From NCBI GenBank assembly GCA_963786865.1, contig CAWBAV010000011.1, positions 258,173 to 322,172 on the forward strand: DNA of 64,000 nt, written 5' to 3'. The translations under genes were made by a program, and so were the position numbers. This DNA comes from an uncultured delta proteobacterium. Lineage in GTDB: Bacteria > Myxococcota_A > Polyangia > Polyangiales > Houyiibacteriaceae. Below are positions 58,366 to 64,000 of this stretch, piece by piece; positions within the stretch are counted from its first letter, which is position 1, and each line of letters begins with the position of its first letter. The notes under the pieces are model-generated. The model worked only from the letters and a program-made list of their open reading frames with translations. It did no database searches and was not told the DNA's origin.

Positions 58366-59730
58366 TTACCGCGCCACCAACCGCAACGGCAAGCTATCCG
58401 CCGGCCTCGTAAACGGAAAGTGCTGCAACTTGGCGGGGAAGTAGTCGTCCTCGACGAACTCGATGCGGTATTTCCCGATCAGCTCTCGGAATGTCAATTG
58501 GAAGAGCATGCGGGCGAAGTGCATGCCGATGCATTTGTGGGCGCCTCCGCCGAAGGGGACCCACATGAAGTTGTGCTTGCGGTGCTCGCTCACTTCTTCG
58601 GAGAAGCGCATCGGTCTGAACGACTCCGGATCCTCCCACCAGTCCGGTAAGCGGTGGATGTAAGCGCCGGGAACGCAGATCATCGTGTCTGCGGGGACGT
58701 GGACGCCGCCAATCTCGCATTCGCGAATGGTGCGGCGCAGGAAGAGTGGCACGGGAGGGTGCAGGCGAATCGTTTCGTAGAAGACGCAGATGAGCTCGTT
58801 CGTCGAATGGAACACCGTCTCGAAGCTGAGCTCTCGCGGCCAAGTCGCCAGCTCGGAAGCCAATCTATCCTGAAGCGGCGGATCGTTGGCGAGGTAGTAC
58901 GCAGCCATGGTCGAAGCGCCGGTGGTGGTGTCGTGCGCTGCGAGCATCAGGAACACCATGTGGTCGGCGATGTCCTCGTTCGAGTAATACTCGCCGTCTT
59001 CCGTCCTTTCACGACAGAAGTGAGCGAACACGTCTTCATCGTTCGACGCTCGCTTCTGGTCCACCAGGTCCATGAAGAAGCGCTTGAGATATCGGCGACC
59101 TTCGAGGCCCCGATGATAGAGAAAACCTGGGACGTCGAGCCGGACGATCCCGAGCGCGCCTTCCATCATGTTGGTGAACGCTCGACTGATCTCAGGGACG
59201 GTGCTCTCGGAGTCATCCACCCAGCAGAACACCTCGAACGCGATGTCGAGCAAGAGCCGCTTTGCCTCCTTGTAGAAGAGAATGCTCTCCTCGGCGGCCC
59301 ATCGCTCGACTGTCTTTTCGACGATCGTTTGAATCTTCGTCGCATAGGCGCGCATCGCAGGGGGCTTGAACGAGCTCTGCATGATGCCCCGATGCAAGCG
59401 GTGCTCGTCGTAGTCGCGCATGACGAGCCCACCTTGAAAGAAGTCGGCCATGACCGACTCCCAGCCCATCTTGATCGAGAAGTTCTGCTCGCGGTCCATC
59501 AGCACGCGCTGCACGTGGTCGGGATGAAGCAGGAGCACGCACTTGTTGCCGGTGATCGAAATGCGACTGACCGGTCCGTACTCGCGGTAGTAGTGGGCGA
59601 AGAGCGCCTGCGGATCCTTGAACATGTCCAAGGTCTTACCGACGAAGGGCCAGCCGTACTCGCCGCGGATGTGGCTGAGGTCGCGATTCGCGGGGCGCTT
59701 GTCGTAAGGAAGCTCTGAGACTTGGTGCAT
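58366..59730 (-). CDS. cytochrome P450
   Basis: 454 aa with ETIRLHPP (ExxR) and FGGGAHKCIGMHFA (the haem-thiolate loop). Confidence 0.92.
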   Translation of the reverse strand: MHQVSELPYDKRPANRDLSHIRGEYGWPFVGKTLDMFKDPQALFAHYYREYGPVSRISITGNKCVLLLHPDHVQRVLMDREQNFSIKMGWESVMADFFQGGLVMRDYDEHRLHRGIMQSSFKPPAMRAYATKIQTIVEKTVERWAAEESILFYKEAKRLLLDIAFEVFCWVDDSESTVPEISRAFTNMMEGALGIVRLDVPGFLYHRGLEGRRYLKRFFMDLVDQKRASNDEDVFAHFCRERTEDGEYYSNEDIADHMVFLMLAAHDTTTGASTMAAYYLANDPPLQDRLASELATWPRELSFETVFHSTNELICVFYETIRLHPPVPLFLRRTIRECEIGGVHVPADTMICVPGAYIHRLPDWWEDPESFRPMRFSEEVSEHRKHNFMWVPFGGGAHKCIGMHFARMLFQLTFRELIGKYRIEFVEDDYFPAKLQHFPFTRPADSLPLRLVAR

Positions 59731-59801
59731 TCAGCTACTATACGACTTGTAAAGTAGCGATGGCAACCCGAATCAGCATCTGGGCGCCCACCCAGCGGTG
59801 A

Positions 59802-60359
59802 CTACCAGTGGCTGAGGGATGCGCTGACCCCAGAGTCGCGAGGCGGGGCAAAGGCGGCGGGCAGGTCGTCCGGCTCGAATCGGGCTGCCCGGCGGGTGAT
59901 CAGCTTCCCGTCGAGCTGCCGGGGACCGAATCCACGGGGCCTCGCGAAACCGGTTCCGATCCCTGGAGCTCTGTCGCCCCGAGGCGTGAGGAGCTGGGCC
60001 TCCCCCACTGGCGGGATGATGTAGGCAAGGCTTTCCCCAACGAAAGCACCGGTGACCGTCCCCTGTTGCACCAGCATCACGAGCGCACTCGTTTCGGTCG
60101 CCTCGGGCTCGCCCAGCACGACGTGGTCGATGGCTTCGAGCACCATGACCCAGTCCACAGGATCATCGGGAAGCGTCCCGCTCCGGAAGCACTTCGCCAG
60201 CTCGTTCACGGTGCGCGCCGCTGCCGTCTGGGCGCCCGCACTCGAATCCGCGCCATCCGCGAGGGCAATGAGGGTTCGATGCGCATCGCGCAGCACCGAG
60301 AGGCGATCGTGGCTCGTGTCGTGACTTGGACGTTGCGACGCGCTGATTTCGAGCTTCAT
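59802..60359 (-). CDS. hypothetical protein, possibly a degenerate PP2C-like fold
   Basis: 185 aa with LIALADGADSSAGAQTAA and AFVGESLAYI, which faintly recall PP2C motifs. The function is not supported. Confidence 0.35.
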   Translation of the reverse strand: MKLEISASQRPSHDTSHDRLSVLRDAHRTLIALADGADSSAGAQTAAARTVNELAKCFRSGTLPDDPVDWVMVLEAIDHVVLGEPEATETSALVMLVQQGTVTGAFVGESLAYIIPPVGEAQLLTPRGDRAPGIGTGFARPRGFGPRQLDGKLITRRAARFEPDDLPAAFAPPRDSGVSASLSHW

Positions 60360-60494
60360 GAATACCCCCGTTGCGAATGCATACTGTTCCTAACCCTCTA
60401 ACGTTACGGACTATTCCGACAAGCATCGGCATCCAGTCGTTGCCAGATTGGCACAACGGCTTCACGACTGAGGACGCGCGCGTCCGAGAGCTTC

Positions 60495-60947
60495 ATGATC
60501 CCCCTACTCATACAAATCATTACAACCGGGTCGATGACCGCGGTGATCTGGTTCGTGCAACTGGTTCAGTATCCCTCGTTCGCAAAGGTTGGTGCCGCAG
60601 GCTTTGCTGATTTTCACGCACACCATTCCGCGCGTATCACGTTGATCGTCGCTCCTCTGATGATCGCCGAGGCGGTTTCCGCGATCGCGCTGGCCTGGCG
60701 TCCCACGAGCGGCATCATGCAATGGGAGGTCTGGGTGGGACTCGGTCTCTTGCTGATCATCTGGGCGTCCACGTTTCTTCTGCAGGTCCCAATGCACACG
60801 AAGCTGAGCTCCGGCTTCGATGCCGAGGCGTGGCGGTTTCTCGTACGGAGCAACTGGATTCGAACGCTCGCCTGGTCGCTTCGGGCAGCTCTGGTGACCG
60901 TCTGGCTTCAACGCGCATTGGACCAGGCTTCACGCATCGGGGGTTGA
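60495..60947 (+). CDS. membrane protein, 4 TM, unknown function
   Basis: 150-aa ORF with four hydrophobic helices. No family is assigned confidently. Confidence 0.5.
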   Translation: MIPLLIQIITTGSMTAVIWFVQLVQYPSFAKVGAAGFADFHAHHSARITLIVAPLMIAEAVSAIALAWRPTSGIMQWEVWVGLGLLLIIWASTFLLQVPMHTKLSSGFDAEAWRFLVRSNWIRTLAWSLRAALVTVWLQRALDQASRIGG

Positions 60948-61057
60948 GGAGGGCAAACGGCATCTCCGGCCCAAGGGCGAGGCCCGCTGGGTGTTGGGGT
61001 CATCCGAAAAGGGGACAGAGTCCTTCCTGCTCGCTAGTCTCGCCCCGAGCTCAGAAG

Positions 61058-62377
61058 ATGATTGAACACGCCAGTCTGCGCGGCGTTCTCAAGCGCAAGC
61101 CCGTCGTCGCATGGGCGTTCTACGACTGGGGCAATTCGGCGTTCGCCACGACCGTGATGGCCGGCTTCTTCCCGGTCTTCTACAGCGCGATCAGTCGAGA
61201 CCTCAGCACCGAAGACTCTCAGTTCTGGTTCAACGTCACGCTCGCGGCTGCCAGCATTCTGATCGCCGCATCCGCTCCGGTTCTCGGAGCCGTCGCCGAT
61301 CGCGGAGGGGCTCGCAAGAAGTTCCTCGTCTTCTTTGCGAGCATCGGCATTCTCATGACCGCCGGGCTCGCATGGGTGCATGCGGGTCACTGGTGGATGG
61401 GCTTGCTGCTCTACGGGCTCGGCACGGTCGGTTTTTCGGGCGCCAACGTGTTCTACGACTCCATGCTCGTCGACGTCGCCGAGGATTCGGAGCTCGACCT
61501 GGTTTCTGCGCTCGGATATTCGATGGGCTACATCGGCGGCGGCCTTCTCTTCGGGGTGAACGTGCTGATGGTTCAGAAGCCCGAATGGTTCGGTTTGGAG
61601 AGCCCAGGCAGCGCCGTCGAAGCCTCCTTCCTGAGCGTCGCGGCATGGTGGGCGCTGTTCACGATTCCGCTTCTGCGCTTTGTCGAGGAAACCCCTACCG
61701 AAAACAAAGCTGCACCGCTTGAAGCACTCGGCGCGGGCCTCCGCCAATTGGTCGCGACGCTGAAGGAGATCCGGAGCTTCAAGGTTCTCCTCCTCTTCTT
61801 GGTCGCGTACTGGATCTACATCGATGGCGTGAACACCGTCATCAAGACGGCGGTGTTCTTCGGCGATCGCGTGCTCGGTCTCGAGCAAGCGGCGCTGATC
61901 ACGGCCTTGCTCCTCACCCAGTTCGTTGCCTTCCCTGCCGCGCTGGCCTTCGGAGCTCTGGGCCAGCGAATAGGCCCGCGTCCCGCCATTCTCATGGGCA
62001 TCGCCGTCTACCTCGCGGCTCTGGTCTACGCATGGCGCTTCCTTCAGGACGAGGGCGATTTCTACGTGCTCGCGGTTGCCATCGGCCTCGTGCAGGGCGG
62101 CGTGCAAAGCCTCTCACGCTCGCTCTATGCGCGCCTGGTGCCGCCCTCGAAGACCGCGGAGTTCTTCGGCTTCTTCAACATGGTGGGTAAGTTCGCCACG
62201 ATCTTCGGACCCATTCTGATTGCGTTCACGCCCAAGTTGATCCCGGGCGCCGCCGATCGTGACGGCATCCTTTCGCTTGCCATTCTTTTCCTCGTAGGAG
62301 GCTTTCTCCTGAGCCGGGTGCGCGTCGCCGAAGGCATCGAGGCCGCTCGACGGTTCGACCAAGAGAGCACGCCGTGA
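61058..62377 (+). CDS. MFS transporter, UMF1/Atg22-like
   Basis: This is the 439-aa portion from ATG 61058 of ORF 60722-62377. It has VVAWAFYDWGNSAFATTVMAGFFPVFY, typical of the UMF1 family, and about 12 TM. Confidence 0.75.
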   Translation: MIEHASLRGVLKRKPVVAWAFYDWGNSAFATTVMAGFFPVFYSAISRDLSTEDSQFWFNVTLAAASILIAASAPVLGAVADRGGARKKFLVFFASIGILMTAGLAWVHAGHWWMGLLLYGLGTVGFSGANVFYDSMLVDVAEDSELDLVSALGYSMGYIGGGLLFGVNVLMVQKPEWFGLESPGSAVEASFLSVAAWWALFTIPLLRFVEETPTENKAAPLEALGAGLRQLVATLKEIRSFKVLLLFLVAYWIYIDGVNTVIKTAVFFGDRVLGLEQAALITALLLTQFVAFPAALAFGALGQRIGPRPAILMGIAVYLAALVYAWRFLQDEGDFYVLAVAIGLVQGGVQSLSRSLYARLVPPSKTAEFFGFFNMVGKFATIFGPILIAFTPKLIPGAADRDGILSLAILFLVGGFLLSRVRVAEGIEAARRFDQESTP

Positions 62378-63669
62378 GCAATGCGACCCGAGTTTACCCA
62401 TACCGCTGGGTCGTGCTCTTCGTGTTCATGCTGATCACGATGGTCATCCAGCTTCAATGGCTTGCTCACGCGGCCGTCGCGAGACCCGCTGCGGTGTTCT
62501 ACGACGGACAGTTCGAGCCCTCGTCCTTCCTCAACATCGACTTCCTCGCCATGGTCTACATGCTGGTGTTCCTGGTGATGAGCTTCCCCGCGTCGTACGT
62601 GATCGATACCTATGGGGTTCGCGTTGGCGTCTCGATTGGCGCGGCGCTCGCAGGTGTTTGCGGCTTGACGAAGGGCGTGTTCGCAGACGACTTCCAGGCC
62701 GTCGTCCTCTCGCAGATCGGACTCGCGGTGGCGCAGCCATTCGTGCTCAATGCCGTCACGGCGCTCTCGGCTCGATGGTTTCCGCTTCGGGAAAGGGGCA
62801 TGGCTGCCGGCCTTTCAGCGCTCGCGCAGTATCTCGGTATCCTCACCGCCATGCTTGCGACCCCGTTTCTGGTCGGTTCTGACCCCAGCCAGCCCGGGTA
62901 CGGAAGCGGATTCGAACGGATGCTATCGACCTACGGGTGGCTCACGTTTGGCGCCGCGGTTCTGGCCTTGCTTCTGCTGAAGGATCGACCTCCGACACCT
63001 CCGGAAATCGAGACTGCAGACACGCAATCGTTCGGAGAAGGAATCCTGCACATTTTGAAACTGCGTGACATGCGGATCATGCTGTACTTGTTTCTCGTCG
63101 GTCTTGGCGTCTTCAACGCGGTGAGCTCGATGACCGATTCGGTCGCAGCAGAGGCCGGCGTCGAGGATTCCGATGGACTCATCGGCGGGCTGATGCTGAT
63201 CGGCGGGATCCTCGGCGCTTCGATCTTGCCCGTGCTCTCCGACAAGTTTCGAAAGCGAAAGCCATTCCTCGTCACCTGCGTCGTTGGAATGGTGCCGGGA
63301 ATCCTGGGTCTCGCGTTCGCAGGAAGCCTCCCGGGCGATCCGGGCACCGTCTACGCGATCAGTCTGGCCTCCTCGTTCGTTTTGGGCTTCTTCATCATGA
63401 GCGCTGGTCCGCTCGGCTTTCAATACGCAGCTGAAGTCAGTCATCCTGCTCCCGAATCGACCTCGCAGGGCATGCTCCTCTGGGTGGGTCAGGTCACGGG
63501 CATGATCTTCGTCGCGGGCATGAGCATCGAAAGCAATCGATACTTGCCGGCATTCATGCTCGCGTTCTCGATTCTCTCGCTGGTTTCGGCACTGGTCGTC
63601 CTCTTCCTCAGGGAGTCTCCGATGATCATCACGGAGCGAGACCGAGTCGCCAGGCTTCACGGAGGCTGA
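62374..63669 (+). CDS. MFS transporter
   Basis: 431 aa with about 12 TM. The GTG start overlaps the previous stop (GTGA). Confidence 0.75.
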   Translation: MSNATRVYPYRWVVLFVFMLITMVIQLQWLAHAAVARPAAVFYDGQFEPSSFLNIDFLAMVYMLVFLVMSFPASYVIDTYGVRVGVSIGAALAGVCGLTKGVFADDFQAVVLSQIGLAVAQPFVLNAVTALSARWFPLRERGMAAGLSALAQYLGILTAMLATPFLVGSDPSQPGYGSGFERMLSTYGWLTFGAAVLALLLLKDRPPTPPEIETADTQSFGEGILHILKLRDMRIMLYLFLVGLGVFNAVSSMTDSVAAEAGVEDSDGLIGGLMLIGGILGASILPVLSDKFRKRKPFLVTCVVGMVPGILGLAFAGSLPGDPGTVYAISLASSFVLGFFIMSAGPLGFQYAAEVSHPAPESTSQGMLLWVGQVTGMIFVAGMSIESNRYLPAFMLAFSILSLVSALVVLFLRESPMIITERDRVARLHGG

Positions 63670-63754
63670 GTCCTGTCGCGCAAAATTTTCGCCGCGAGAA
63701 CGCAGGAAGAATTACGTATTCCGCCACCTGCTGGGGTGTGCAAACGTCTCCCCC

Positions 63755-64000
63755 GTGAAGTCCAGCGTCATCTTGGTTTTACTCTCGAGCACTTTGATGG
63801 CGGTCACGTCCTCAGATTTGCGCACAGGTGCGATCGAGCCGCGGCTCGAAGCTCATCCGCTCATGCGGCATCTGGAAGTGACGATCGCGAAGATGGATCA
63901 AGGGGAACGTTCGCTTGAATACCGGGAAAGCCTGGACTTTCTGAGGGATCACGCCGCAGAAACAGCCGCGGCGCTCACGCCGTTCCTGCTCGAACAACCC
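63755..64000 (+). CDS. 5' part of a hypothetical secreted protein; runs off the right edge
   Basis: Hand translation gives VKSSVILVLLSSTLMAVTSSDLRTGAIEPRLEAHPLMRHLEVTIAKMDQGERSLEYRESLDFLRDHAAETAAALTPFLLEQP. There is no stop to the window end, the N-terminus is signal-like and the composition is Ala/Leu-rich. It is not in the track because it has no stop. The start codon is uncertain. Confidence 0.35.
   Translation, partial: MKSSVILVLLSSTLMAVTSSDLRTGAIEPRLEAHPLMRHLEVTIAKMDQGERSLEYRESLDFLRDHAAETAAALTPFLLEQP

Noticed and set aside
63812-63997. The 61-aa minus-strand ORF at the right edge (MFEQERRERRGCFCGV...).
   Set aside because: It shares codon phase with the open plus-strand frame. It has only 2 Ala and 7 Phe in about 60 residues, which is atypical for this genome. 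The plus-strand reading has a signal-like N-terminus and normal composition. Neither reading is certain.
1-64000. A scan for CRISPR arrays, tRNA/rRNA genes, IS elements, integrases, toxin-antitoxin pairs or recognisable anti-phage defence genes.
   Set aside because: I found no short regularly spaced direct repeats, no cloverleaf-like or rRNA-like segments, no transposase or recombinase motifs, and no nuclease, ATPase or other defence-type domain combinations. Apart from the ebo genes and the left and right ends described in the summary, the window is envelope-polysaccharide metabolism.

Overview
GC-rich bacterial chromosomal DNA. I found no rRNA, tRNA, CRISPR array, transposase or integrase. 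The gene content (a DUF1592/DUF1552 pair, secreted CGDDGCGGSCG-type Cys-rich proteins, many lipobox or Tat signals) resembles Myxococcota-like or Planctomycetota-like genomes, but the taxon cannot be fixed from this window. Nearly the whole window is one large cell-surface polysaccharide biosynthesis and decoration island with about 55 genes. It encodes an AsnB-type amidotransferase, five GT2/GT4 glycosyltransferases, a Wzx-type flippase and a Wzy/O-antigen-ligase-like membrane protein fused to PA14 plus glycosidase-like domains. It also encodes a CDP-sugar branch (rfbF, SDRs, C-methyltransferase, RmlC-like epimerase, DUF4910, LmbE), a NodB deacetylase and several O-substituent systems. These systems are an SxtI/J/K-like carbamoyltransferase triad next to carAB, a hexapeptide acetyltransferase, an acyltransferase-3, four membrane-anchored SGNH/GDSL proteins, and a Dlt-like FkbH/carrier-protein/MBOAT/DltD-like module. 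A complete six-gene ebo cluster (eboD-eboE convergent with eboC-eboF-eboB-eboA) sits inside the island. The left end carries the DUF1592/DUF1552 pair and three paralogous secreted lyase-like proteins. Two of these paralogs share a 905-bp, about 99.5% identical direct repeat. The right end carries a PQQ-dehydrogenase-like gene with a dihaem cytochrome c, a P450 and two MFS transporters. About 15 genes are interrupted as assembled, by roughly 30 one-nt frame changes and one in-frame TAG. Several of the frame changes sit at short homopolymers, and they cluster at 35.6-38.6 kb and 53.4-53.9 kb. Sequence error and real decay cannot be separated from this window alone. Two ORFs that run off the window edges are missing from the supplied track and were read by hand.
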